Notes: a model not told the origin generated them from the letters alone. 64,000 nucleotides of DNA from Candidatus Saccharimonadota bacterium (GCA_009778675.1 WRFU01000001.1:797-64796), one strand, 5' to 3'; positions 44,521 through 53,445 are shown, numbered from the stretch's first letter. Translations and numbers: made by a program.

Positions 44521-44787
44521 GTGAAGGTGTTTAGTAAAATTCTTAATCAATTGAAAGATTGGTTTTGAAAATTACTATTTACTAGCTATTTTACTTAGCG
44601 GTTTACCTCCTTTTCGCGACTGAGTATATTGATTGATGTGCGAACTAGGCTCATTACTTGGTTCTTCCCATTTTATCTATGAATTTTGTAACTTTTGTTA
44701 CTTTGGTGATTATGTTAAGACTATCGGGGTGTGCGAGTTTCAATTTGCCTTTTTGGCATCTAGTTACTTTAACACCCCGTAACCCTT

Positions 44788-44817
44788 GTGCCCGAGCCTT
44801 GCTTGGGCACTTTTCTT
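44788..44817 (+). terminator. intrinsic terminator ending the hairpin-array transcript
   Basis: gtgcccgag-ccttg-cttgggcac followed by ttttctt. Confidence 0.7.
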
Positions 44818-44883
44818 ATGGTTATATCTTGCTACAAGGCCGAGCCTTGCAGCAGAAGTTTTGGGGATCAAGAATAGTTAAAA

Positions 44884-44910
44884 TTAGCACTCGGGTATTG
44901 CAAGTGCTAA
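44884..44910 (+). promoter_or_regulatory. CIRCE operator (HrcA binding site)
   Basis: TTAGCACTC-gggtattgc-aAGTGCTAA matches TTAGCACTC-N9-GAGTGCTAA with one mismatch. It overlaps the groES promoter. Confidence 0.85.
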
Positions 44911-44926
44911 TTTTTTTCGCTAAAAT
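44898..44926 (+). promoter_or_regulatory. groESL promoter TTGCAA-17-TAAAAT
   Basis: The -35 lies inside the CIRCE right arm. Confidence 0.55.
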
Positions 44927-45089
44927 TATAAATGACATTGTGGCGTTCTTTTGCAATTTACTTTTTATGGGTACACTCTAAGGTGTGCTCCTCACAAGGG
45001 TCGTTACCCTTTGCGAGAGCCCCAGAAAAAGCAAATTGTCAAAAGAACAGCCAAAACAGTTCACAAAGGGTTAATCATAGGGAGGAATT

Positions 45090-45341
45090 ATGACTATAAA
45101 ACCGTTGGCCGATCGAATTGTGGCCAAAAAACAAGAAGCGAAAAATATGACCGATTCGGGTTTGTATCTAGGCGAGGCAAAGGAGAAACCTAGTTTTGCT
45201 GTGGTGGAGGCTGTCGGGCCCGATGTAAAATCCGTCAAAAAGGGTGATAAAATTCTTTATGATTACAGTGGCACAAGTGTCACCATCGGTGGCGAAGAAT
45301 ACTTGATTATTAAAGAAGAGGGCGTCTTGGCGACGTTATAG
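45090..45341 (+). CDS. groES: co-chaperonin GroES
   Basis: 83 aa starting MTIKPLADRIV, with SD GGGAGG. Confidence 0.9.
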   Translation: MTIKPLADRIVAKKQEAKNMTDSGLYLGEAKEKPSFAVVEAVGPDVKSVKKGDKILYDYSGTSVTIGGEEYLIIKEEGVLATL

Positions 45342-45350
45342 GAGGAAAAA

Positions 45351-46997
45351 ATGGCAAAGAAAGTTTTTTACGATGAAGAAGCCCGCGAAAAGGTGTTGGG
45401 CGGGGCGAAGGCTTTGTATGACGCGGTCAAGGTAACATTTGGGCCAAAAGGTCATAATGTAGTGATCGCTAAGCAGTACGGTGGCCCAACGATCACCCAT
45501 GATGGTGTGACGGTGGCCGAAGGTATCGACTTAGACGAAAAAGATGATGCCACACTTGGTTATAAGGTTGGTGCGGATTTGATCAAACAGGCGGCCACTA
45601 AACTTAATAAAGTCGCGGGGGATGGCACTACTACGGTGACGGTGCTGACTTATCATATTTTGGCCGAGGCTAATAAATTAATTGCCGCGGGTCATAATCC
45701 GCAAGAATTGCGTAAGGGTATCGAAGAAGCTGGCGCAGAGGTGGTAAAGGGGCTAGATAAATTGGCTGAAAATATTGCTGGTAACCCTAGTCGCGTCGCC
45801 GAAGTCGCTACGATTAGCGCTGGTAGTGAAGAAATCGGTAAACTAATTGCTGACGTTATTAGTAAGATCGGTCAGGATGGTGTGGTGACGGTAGAAGCTG
45901 GCCAAGGTTTGCAGCTAGAAAATGAGGTGGTCGAAGGTTTTAGTTTTGACCGAGGTTATAGTAGCCCGTTCTTTATTACTGACGCCAATCGTCAGGAAGC
46001 TGTTTACGACAAACCAGATATTTTGATCACCGATAAAAAGATCAGTAATGCTGCTGAATTTGTGCCATTTTTGGAAAAGATGGTAGCGGCTGGAAAGAAA
46101 GATCTAGTATTGATTTCGGAAGAAGTTGAGGGCGAGGCGCTAAGTGTGCTTGTGTTGAATCGCTTAAAGGGTGTATTTAACACTTTGGCTATTAAGGCAC
46201 CAAGTTTTGGTGATCGCCGCAAAGAAACCTTAGAAGATATTGCTATTTTAACTGGTGCTACGGTGGTCAGTAGCGATCTGGGTATGAATTTTGAGGAAAT
46301 CGACCTGGAAGTTTTGGGCAGCGCCCGAAAAGTAATTGCGACGGCGAATGAAACGACGATTGTAGAAGGTTCGGGGAAGGCACACGATGTTAAATTACGG
46401 ATTGAAGCTATAAAGGCTCAGGCGGGTAACGCCACTAGTGATTACGAACGTGAGCAGTTTGATAAGCGAGTGGCGGCACTACTTGGTAAAGTAGCTGTGA
46501 TAAAAGTTGGTGGTGCGACCGAAACCGAAATCGACGAAAAGAAATTTAGGGTTGATGATGCGGTGGCGGCGACTAAAGCAGCGCTAAGTGAAGGTATTGT
46601 GCCAGGTGGTGGCGTGGCGTTAGTCAATTTGAGCGTCAGTCTTAAGGTTGAAGGGGCTGATTTAACTACGGCTGGGCGAAAGATTTTGAAGAATGCTTTA
46701 ATGGCGCCGTTTACACACATCACCGAAAATGCGGGGTTAAACAGCGCGGCGTTGTTGGCTCAGGTAGAAACGGCCAAACCGGGGCGTGGTGTGAATGTTA
46801 TGAAACCAGGCGATGGGATTGTTGACATGAAAAAAGCTGGTGTGGTAGACCCAGCTAAAGTTACTAAAGAAGCGGTACAAAATGCTGTGTCGATTGCGGC
46901 CACGGCCATTACCATGGGTGCATTGGTGGTAGATGTGCCAGAACCAGAACCTCCGATGCCACCAGGTGGCGGTATGGGTGGCATGGGGATGATGTAA
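45351..46997 (+). CDS. groEL: chaperonin GroEL
   Basis: 548 aa with AGDGTTT and a C-terminal GGMGGMGMM. Confidence 0.97.
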   Translation: MAKKVFYDEEAREKVLGGAKALYDAVKVTFGPKGHNVVIAKQYGGPTITHDGVTVAEGIDLDEKDDATLGYKVGADLIKQAATKLNKVAGDGTTTVTVLTYHILAEANKLIAAGHNPQELRKGIEEAGAEVVKGLDKLAENIAGNPSRVAEVATISAGSEEIGKLIADVISKIGQDGVVTVEAGQGLQLENEVVEGFSFDRGYSSPFFITDANRQEAVYDKPDILITDKKISNAAEFVPFLEKMVAAGKKDLVLISEEVEGEALSVLVLNRLKGVFNTLAIKAPSFGDRRKETLEDIAILTGATVVSSDLGMNFEEIDLEVLGSARKVIATANETTIVEGSGKAHDVKLRIEAIKAQAGNATSDYEREQFDKRVAALLGKVAVIKVGGATETEIDEKKFRVDDAVAATKAALSEGIVPGGGVALVNLSVSLKVEGADLTTAGRKILKNALMAPFTHITENAGLNSAALLAQVETAKPGRGVNVMKPGDGIVDMKKAGVVDPAKVTKEAVQNAVSIAATAITMGALVVDVPEPEPPMPPGGGMGGMGMM

Positions 46998-47018
46998 ATT
47001 ACACCCCAGCGTTGAAAC

Positions 47019-47049
47019 AAAAGAGACCAGTTGCGGTCTCTTTTGTTTT
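47019..47049 (+). terminator. intrinsic terminator after groEL
   Basis: aaaagagacc-agttgc-ggtctctttt followed by gtttt. Confidence 0.8.
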
Positions 47050-47114
47050 ATGTTAAGCTAGCAGTTGGTGGGGCTAATTTCAAGCCCCTTGATCTTTGTG
47101 AGGAAGGTGATTAA

Positions 47115-47621
47115 ATGGCTCGTAATAAAAATATCGAACCTGAACCGCAGATAGAAACTGAGGTTGATTGCGATGTGGTGTATGGCGAAAGCCCCGATTT
47201 ACTTGTCAGCATAAATGTCGAGTATAGGTTTGATGGTATTAAGTGGCATTTACCGCTGGAGGACGGCATTTATAGTGTGATTTTGAAATTAACGCTGGAT
47301 AATGACAATCATTTTGTGTCTGGTAGATTGTACCTGGATGCATTATTAGAATGTTTGGGTGACTTGAGTAATATCGATCAGCGGAATGAGTTTGCGCTTA
47401 AAATTGTCGACAGAATCCATCGCATAGCGTATCGCTACTGTTCAGAAATTGACCCAGATCTCGGTTCAGATCTATTTGACGAACTGCGTATTAAGACGGA
47501 GATAGTAACTGGTGGCCTAATGCCGGACTTTGTGGGACCAGCCAAAACACTATGGCGTCAAAAATTAGGTTTACGTGATCTGCCAGGCGCACCTGGTGAA
47601 CCAGGCACACGATCAATCTAA
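47115..47621 (+). CDS. hypothetical protein
   Basis: 168 aa with SD GAGGAAGG. No motif recognised. Confidence 0.4.
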   Translation: MARNKNIEPEPQIETEVDCDVVYGESPDLLVSINVEYRFDGIKWHLPLEDGIYSVILKLTLDNDNHFVSGRLYLDALLECLGDLSNIDQRNEFALKIVDRIHRIAYRYCSEIDPDLGSDLFDELRIKTEIVTGGLMPDFVGPAKTLWRQKLGLRDLPGAPGEPGTRSI

Positions 47622-47636
47622 ATCAGCTTTCGAACC

Positions 47637-47666
47637 AAAAACTGCTCAGTTAACTGAGCAGTTTTT
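47637..47666. terminator. bidirectional terminator
   Basis: aaaaactgctcag-ttaa-ctgagcagttttt, lying between convergent genes. Confidence 0.8.
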
Positions 47667-47686
47667 ATTAGCAAACTTTATAAAGT

Positions 47687-48223
47687 TTAGGCAGCGGCTT
47701 GTTCGGGCTTGTCGATAGCATCGACTTCTTTGATGATTTCAAGTAGGGCATTGGCCTTTTTGGCTTCGTCGGTGATTTGCTTGGCGACGTTGTAAGCAGG
47801 TTCAACTACGCTAGGGTCATCGGCAGTTTTGAAGATTAATAGGTAAATATCGAACTTTTCTTCGGGCGAAATGTCGAGCTTATCTATTAGTGGTTTTAGA
47901 TCTTGTAGGGCGTTAGTTTTGACTGATTCTAATTCTGCATCACCAGTGGTAGAAGTAGCGTTCATTAAACCGTTAACGGCGTCGATAACCCCGGGGCTGG
48001 GTGTGGCATTAGCATAAATAGATGCCGATGGGGTAGCTGCAGTAGTGTCGGCAGGTTGAGCTGGCTGGCCAATAGTCGCTGGTTCTTCGGCTTCGTCTTT
48101 AATATCAACCTTTTTCTTTTTGTTATCAGTTATGATCGCGTTGTTGGTAGCCTCAACATCGGCTAGCGCCTTGGCCAGTTCTTGCTCGTCTACCTGATTA
48201 GTATCAGCTTGTTGTGTATCCAT
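47687..48223 (-). CDS. hypothetical acidic protein
   Basis: 178 aa with a low-complexity N-terminal half. Confidence 0.4.
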   Translation of the reverse strand: MDTQQADTNQVDEQELAKALADVEATNNAIITDNKKKKVDIKDEAEEPATIGQPAQPADTTAATPSASIYANATPSPGVIDAVNGLMNATSTTGDAELESVKTNALQDLKPLIDKLDISPEEKFDIYLLIFKTADDPSVVEPAYNVAKQITDEAKKANALLEIIKEVDAIDKPEQAAA

Positions 48224-48294
48224 TGCCCGCCCTTTTAGTAATTAATTACAATAACTGATAAGATAATATCACATTTTGATAAACACAAGCAAGA

Positions 48295-49452
48295 TTAGAA
48301 GTCTAAAATGTCGGAAATATGAGTTTGTTGGACAGAAAAGCTCTCCCTGGTTTCGGTTTTGGGGAGCATGACTAGGATACCGGCTTTAGTATGCGGCTGG
48401 GAGGGAACATAGTAGTGGCAGAAAGCATTGAGAGCACATCGGCCGCAAGAGCTGAACCAAGCCTCGGAATCCTTGAACGAATCTAATTGCGGTTTATGAA
48501 ACTCAAATTCTTTACCCGCTGGTGTCTCTATTATTTCAGTGCGATTACCTGGGGTTTTATTACAAGCATTGGAAGACAGTAACCACATGGCATCGATGAC
48601 ATTAATCGGGTCAAGCTTGCGCTTTTCAGCATAATTATAGGTTATTTTTCGAAGTTGTTGTTCGAATAAACTCTGGCCATCAGGTTTACGGTGGAATCCA
48701 TCATAACCGTTAGGCACAAGAATATTTATTAAGCCTAAACTAATAGCATCACGAAAATTATGGATATCACCTGGTGCTGGAATATTAATGAAGCCTTCTT
48801 CGCCGTATCGAGGCAAGAATCCTTCAGTCTGCAATAAATAAATATATAATGCCGCCATTTTTGGCTGGATACCCATAAAACCGCCGCCTTTGTGATCGTT
48901 GCGCAATACCGCTAAGCAATCTTTGTAAGTTTTGCAGCCGTCAAGCAAACCCCGCGGATCACCGTCATGATCGCGTTGTAACTTAGCTGCGTTATATTGC
49001 CAACATTTAGCCACGACATTTTGACGGCCGCTGCCCACTACTGTTTTTAGAGTGGTCGCCAATTCTTGTTCGTCGCAGTCTATTAGTGTCTGGCAATCGA
49101 ATAGTTCGGGGTGTTGGTTAAACAGCCGTGTCAAACCATGCATGGCCGGGATAGACTTGGTAACTTGTTGGTAAGCCAAGGCATTAAAAAAGAACATAGC
49201 ATGTTCTTTGCTGTGATACAGCTCGCCACCTTCTTTCATACAGTTGGGCTTGATACCTACGGTAGTTATAGATGTGTCGAATGGGTACTCGTTATTGAAA
49301 TAAGTTTCCATTAACTGATCTAAAGCCTTATCGGCATTGGGGCTGATTTCACTCTTGACTTTACTAGTGGCTTTTAAAGCTCGCCGCCTAAAAGGGTCTA
49401 ATTGCTCTGGATTTGGCATAAAACCTATTAAACCCCAACTGTTTGCATACAT
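48295..49452 (-). CDS. hypothetical protein (weak HhH-glycosylase-like hints only)
   Basis: 385 aa. The segment GGGFMGIQPKMAALYIYLL and the C-terminal Cys cluster (CGRCALNAFC) faintly recall HhH-GPD/FeS enzymes. Not verified. Confidence 0.35.
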   Translation of the reverse strand: MYANSWGLIGFMPNPEQLDPFRRRALKATSKVKSEISPNADKALDQLMETYFNNEYPFDTSITTVGIKPNCMKEGGELYHSKEHAMFFFNALAYQQVTKSIPAMHGLTRLFNQHPELFDCQTLIDCDEQELATTLKTVVGSGRQNVVAKCWQYNAAKLQRDHDGDPRGLLDGCKTYKDCLAVLRNDHKGGGFMGIQPKMAALYIYLLQTEGFLPRYGEEGFINIPAPGDIHNFRDAISLGLINILVPNGYDGFHRKPDGQSLFEQQLRKITYNYAEKRKLDPINVIDAMWLLSSNACNKTPGNRTEIIETPAGKEFEFHKPQLDSFKDSEAWFSSCGRCALNAFCHYYVPSQPHTKAGILVMLPKTETRESFSVQQTHISDILDF

Positions 49453-49498
49453 GCAATCTTAAGCGGCTTAATGGTTTATGTTAGACTGATTAATGGAA

Positions 49499-49590
49499 GG
49501 TGAGGTGGCCGAGCGGTTGAAGGCGCACGCTTGGAAAGCGTGTATGCGGCGCAAGTTGCATCTGGGGTTCAAATCCCCATCTCACCGCCA
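49499..49590 (+). tRNA. tRNA-Ser (anticodon GGA), CCA encoded
   Basis: Acceptor ggtgagg/tctcacc, anticodon loop uuGGAaa, long variable arm, T-loop gttcaaatc. Confidence 0.9.
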
Positions 49591-49593
49591 AAA

Positions 49594-50166
49594 TTATTTT
49601 GTATCTAAGAAGTTTTGGATAATTTGATCACCAAATATATTACTAGGCTCTGTACCTTCAGGGTGGAATTGCACAGCGTAAAAAGGTTTTGTTTGATGGC
49701 ACATAGCGGCATTGTCTAGGGTAGATGTTGTCGCGCACGAAACAAACCCAGGCGGCAGTTTGGTAATATAATCCAGATGGATCATTGGGGTATTAATAGT
49801 ATTTGGCAGACCTTTAAACAGTGGGTTTGGTTGCAAAAAGGTTTTATACATATGATTTTCGCGTTTTGGCAAATGGCTGACATGTCCGCCATTTGTTATG
49901 GCCATAACTTGCATGCCGTAACAAATACCCAGGATTGGTTTATTTAGTTTAAAAATTGCTGGGTTAATTAATGGTGCGTTTGGTTCATAAACATGGTCTG
50001 GTCCACCGGATAGCACGATATGGGTAATATTAGGCGCGCTAACATATTGCATTAGTTGGGCATCGTCGTGGTCAATAAGGTCGAAGTCTATCTTTGATCG
50101 CTTTAAACATTTGAATAAACTGCGATTATATTTAGTGCTATAATTTATCACCGCTAATTTTGGCAT
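49594..50166 (-). CDS. class I glutamine amidotransferase (GuaA N-domain-like)
   Basis: 190 aa with ILGICYGMQVM (nucleophile Cys) and VQFHPE. The ATG is 6 nt after TGgTATAAT. Confidence 0.8.
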   Translation of the reverse strand: MPKLAVINYSTKYNRSLFKCLKRSKIDFDLIDHDDAQLMQYVSAPNITHIVLSGGPDHVYEPNAPLINPAIFKLNKPILGICYGMQVMAITNGGHVSHLPKRENHMYKTFLQPNPLFKGLPNTINTPMIHLDYITKLPPGFVSCATTSTLDNAAMCHQTKPFYAVQFHPEGTEPSNIFGDQIIQNFLDTK

Positions 50167-50210
50167 AGGTGGATTATACCAAAAATACCCAACAAATTTA
50201 AATTAAGAAC

Positions 50211-50241
50211 TTCTGCTACAAGGCCGGGTCTTGTAGCAGAA
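50211..50241. terminator. 12-bp hairpin, related to the hairpin at 44828..44858
   Basis: ttctgctacaag-gccgggt-cttgtagcagaa. A second hairpin (aagccccag...ctggggctt) lies at 50250..50275. Confidence 0.55.
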
Positions 50242-50390
50242 TATAAGTAAAGCCCCAGTATTTAGGCTGGGGCTTGATGCTGACAATGCCATTATGGGTG
50301 TGGCTGATATTGTTAAACTAGCCGGCAAAAACGATTGCCAATTTTTTACGGAATTGTATTTTGAAGTTTGAGCTGACTATATCTACGAGG

Positions 50391-51298
50391 CTATTCTTCT
50401 AGATCGGCATAATCTCTGAGAAGTCTAAGAGTCTCAGGTTGTCGTAATTTATTGATCGCGTGGCATTCGACGCTACCTATACGATTTGTGGAAACTCCAA
50501 ATTCTTTAGCGACTTCTTCTTGGGTGCGAGCGTGGCCATCTAATAAGCCAAAACGTAGTTCTATCACCTTTTTTTCTCTCACGCTTAGCTCATCTAGGGC
50601 TTTTTCCACTAGTTCTGCTCGTTCATGTTTAAAGATCTCGCGTTCTGGATCTGCCATATGGCTCGCTGCTTCGTTGGTCAATGATTTTTCTATTAAAGGC
50701 CTTTCTGCACTTTCGCCTTTTTGTGATACAGGTACTTCGTTTATGCCAACAGTGTCATCAGAATATTGAGCAGCACCGTCAATGGATTGCATATAATTAG
50801 TCAATGCTTCTGCTTGATTTATATCTCCAACTGTCATTGATCCTTGTCTGTCTCTACCGTCTATGGCGAGACTATTTCTTATGCCAAACTTTTGAGCAAT
50901 TTCTTGGTTGGTCAATGGCGGCAAATGTTTATTCGCCCTAGTATTATTAATTTGCCTGGTTTTAGTGATTATGGTGCGAGGTTTCTCTGGAAGATGAATT
51001 TCATGTAGCAGTTCTCGTTTACGTATAGCTAAACTTTCTGGTATGTGGGAAGCCAAATTGTAGGTATTAAGGCTGCCTTTTTCTGGGTCATGATTCCGTT
51101 CATTTTCTAGATATTTCATTAGAGCCTCTTGAGCCAAATCCTCTGTGGTAACAATAGTTTGGCTACTTGGGACTTTAGCTAATTCTGCACTGGCATGTGC
51201 GAAGGCATAAGCAATATATTTCTCTGGGTTATCATAAATTCCGTCGCTAGGGGGGGGGTACTATTTTCTTTTGTTTTAGCTGTTTGTAATTTTTCCAT
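50391..51298 (-). pseudogene. divergent sigma-70-family factor whose 5' region is out of frame at a C9/G9 tract
   Basis: The track ORF (50391..51137, TTG start) has region 4 (LSVREKKVIELRFGL...TQEEVAKEFGVSTNRIGSVECHAINKL), a region-3-like segment and a region-2-like EDLAQEALMKYLENERNHDPEKG. The same frame stays open upstream to the G9 run at 51250..51258. An ATG at 51298, 6 nt after the TGcTACCAT promoter, reads MEKLQTAKTKENSTPP in a different frame. One extra G/C would fuse the two. Confidence 0.55.
51250..51258. repeat. G9 homopolymer at the frameshift point of the sigma-like gene
   Basis: ctaGGGGGGGGGtac, counted directly. Confidence 0.95.
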
Positions 51299-51304
51299 AT
51301 CTTC

Positions 51305-51333
51305 ATGGTAGCACAGCGATGCAGTTTTGTCAA
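51305..51333 (-). promoter_or_regulatory. consensus promoter cTATTGACA-17-TGcTACCAT
   Basis: The minus strand reads cctATTGACAaaactgcatcgctgTGcTACCATgaagatATG. Confidence 0.65.
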
Positions 51334-51381
51334 TAGGCAGATCAACTGACAAGATAACAACTTCGTAGTATACTAATTAAT

Positions 51382-53076
51382 ATGGAGAATATATCCAATA
51401 CTATTGAAGTTGCTGTAAAGGGATTGTTTAATATTGATGTTGAAGTTAGTTTGACTCGTCCAGAACCGAAGTTTGGCGACTATGCAACCAATGTAGCTAT
51501 GCAGCTAGCTAAACAACTAAAGCAGAATCCGCGTGATATAGCAGCTAAATTAGTAGTTGAATTAAAAAAGAACAAGTCCTTTAGCGCTGTAGAAGTAGCC
51601 GGGGCAGGGTTTATTAATTTTAGACTATCGGACACTAATTTACTTAATGACCTAAACTATATTTTGACCCATAGCGATAGTTATGGTTTGTCGCAAGCAT
51701 ATGCTAACAAAGTAGTGGTAACAGAGTTTTCGGATCCGAATGCTTTTAAGGTGCTGCATGTTGGACATTTATATACCTCGATCGTAGGTGATGCTGTGTC
51801 AAATTTGGTTGAATTCGCTGGTGGACAAGTGCATCGGGTTAATTTTGGTGGTGATGTTGGGCTGCACGTCGCTAAGTGTATGTGGGGGATCATTAATAGG
51901 CTAGGTGGTGAAAAACCGGCCAAGTTACCAACGGATTTATCAATTCGTGACCGTATGCAATGGGTGGCTGATTCATACGTGGAGGGTAATAAAGCTTATG
52001 AAAACGAAACCACCAGACCTGAAATTGTAGAGATTAACAAACGAATTTATGCTATTTACGAAACTGATGACAAAACTAGTGATTTTGCTAAAATTTACTG
52101 GGATTGTCGTAGCTGGAGCTATGATTATTTTGATGATTTTTATGAACGAATTGGTGTCAAATTTGAAAAATATTATCCTGAAAGTACCACAGCACCACTC
52201 GGACTAGAAACTGTGTTGGAACAGACAAAACAAGGTGTCTACGAAAAAAGCGATGGCGCGATTGTATTTAACGGCGAACCATATGGTTTGCACACCCGCG
52301 TATTTATTAATAGCAATGGTCTGCCAACTTACGAAGCCAAAGATGTCGGTTTAATTCAACTAAAATGGCAAGATTATCATTTTGATAAATCATTAATTAT
52401 CACTGGTAATGACATTATCGATTACATGAAGGTTGTAGTAAAAAGTATTGAACAATTTGCGCCCCAACCAGCGCAGCGCACTCAACACATCACACATGGT
52501 ATGCTAAAGCTAGCTGGTGCGGTCAAAATGGCTAGCCGTCTAGGCAATTTTCTAAAAGCCGAAGACGTATTAGACACGGTTGAGGCTTTTCAAAAAGAGT
52601 CTCAAGGTAAGACTGATCAAGATACGGTATTGGGCGCGGTGCGTTATGCGCTATTAAAAAATCGATTAGGCCCAGATGTGATTTTTGAACCAGAAACTTC
52701 GGTTAATGCTCAGGGTAATAGCGGGCCATATTTGCAATATTCGCTGGCGCGTGCCAAATCGATTTTACGTAAGTTGCCAAATGATCATGCTGGCGAATTG
52801 CTCACAAATCAAGATTTAGACGAAAGTGAACGCGCTATCCTAACCAAGATTCTTGAATTTCCAGATGTCGTACAAGCCGCCACGCAAGATTTAACGCCGC
52901 ATTTAATTTGTAATTATTTGTACGAACTAGCCCAAAGTTTCAATCGTTTTTATGAAAAATCGAAAGTACAGGCTGACCCGCGTGAAGCATTAAGAGCTCG
53001 TTTGGTTTATGCCTATTCAATTGTATTAGAACGTGGACTGACTATTTTAGGCATTCCCACACCAGAAAAAATGTAA
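51382..53076 (+). CDS. argS: arginine--tRNA ligase
   Basis: 564 aa with a HIGH-type motif (LHVGHL) and the ArgRS anticodon-binding C-terminus ending in M. The ATG is 7 nt after TATACT. Confidence 0.95.
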   Translation: MENISNTIEVAVKGLFNIDVEVSLTRPEPKFGDYATNVAMQLAKQLKQNPRDIAAKLVVELKKNKSFSAVEVAGAGFINFRLSDTNLLNDLNYILTHSDSYGLSQAYANKVVVTEFSDPNAFKVLHVGHLYTSIVGDAVSNLVEFAGGQVHRVNFGGDVGLHVAKCMWGIINRLGGEKPAKLPTDLSIRDRMQWVADSYVEGNKAYENETTRPEIVEINKRIYAIYETDDKTSDFAKIYWDCRSWSYDYFDDFYERIGVKFEKYYPESTTAPLGLETVLEQTKQGVYEKSDGAIVFNGEPYGLHTRVFINSNGLPTYEAKDVGLIQLKWQDYHFDKSLIITGNDIIDYMKVVVKSIEQFAPQPAQRTQHITHGMLKLAGAVKMASRLGNFLKAEDVLDTVEAFQKESQGKTDQDTVLGAVRYALLKNRLGPDVIFEPETSVNAQGNSGPYLQYSLARAKSILRKLPNDHAGELLTNQDLDESERAILTKILEFPDVVQAATQDLTPHLICNYLYELAQSFNRFYEKSKVQADPREALRARLVYAYSIVLERGLTILGIPTPEKM

Positions 53077-53087
53077 AAAGGAGTTGT

Positions 53088-53444
53088 ATGGAAAAAGAAA
53101 TTAAAACCGTGCGGATTATTAAAAAAGCCGAGCCAGGTCCTAGTAGTTTTATAAAGTTTTTGCGTGATCAAAGTGTACTGGGCGTGGCCATGGGCATGGT
53201 AATCGGTGTCGCCGGTAGTGCGTTTATCAACTCACTAATCAATAATATTGTGATGCCACCAATCGCGTTGTTGCTGGGGGCGGCCAATGGGCTTAAAAGT
53301 ATGGTTTGGGTTATTACCACGGACAGTGGCAATACGGCGACTATTAGCTATGGGCAATTTATCAATGATTTAATTAATTTTTTGGTTATCGCGTTCGTAG
53401 TTTATATTGTGATCCGAATCTTTAAAGTTCAAGCTAAAAGATAA
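53088..53444 (+). CDS. mscL: large-conductance mechanosensitive channel
   Basis: 118 aa with FLRDQSVLGVAMGMVIGVAGSAFINSLINNIVMPPI. Confidence 0.85.
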   Translation: MEKEIKTVRIIKKAEPGPSSFIKFLRDQSVLGVAMGMVIGVAGSAFINSLINNIVMPPIALLLGAANGLKSMVWVITTDSGNTATISYGQFINDLINFLVIAFVVYIVIRIFKVQAKR

Positions 53445-53445
53445 C

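Larger units (their letters stand above)
43923..44817 (+). ncRNA. candidate ~0.9-kb noncoding (or small-peptide plus noncoding) transcript containing five tandem hairpins
   Basis: It runs from the promoter at 43888..43916 to the terminator at 44788..44817. The track shows no ORF of 60 aa or more in any frame across 43729..44657. A 33-codon ORF (43923..44024) begins exactly 6 nt after the -10. Confidence 0.4.

Noticed and set aside
43729-45089. Replication origin (oriC or iteron) interpretation of the large intergenic region.
   Set aside because: Only one perfect DnaA box is present (TTATCCACA, 43829..43837), and no dnaA or dnaN gene is nearby. The TTATCGCA(T/C) strings are parts of hairpin arms. 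The strand-specific G-U pattern favours RNA. I cannot compute GC skew, so this is not fully excluded.
44658-45193. Track ORFs 44658..44981 and 44951..45193.
   Set aside because: Both have TTG starts without an SD and run through the terminator hairpins, CIRCE and the groES promoter and 5' UTR, with hydrophobic junk composition. The second overlaps the groES start in another frame.
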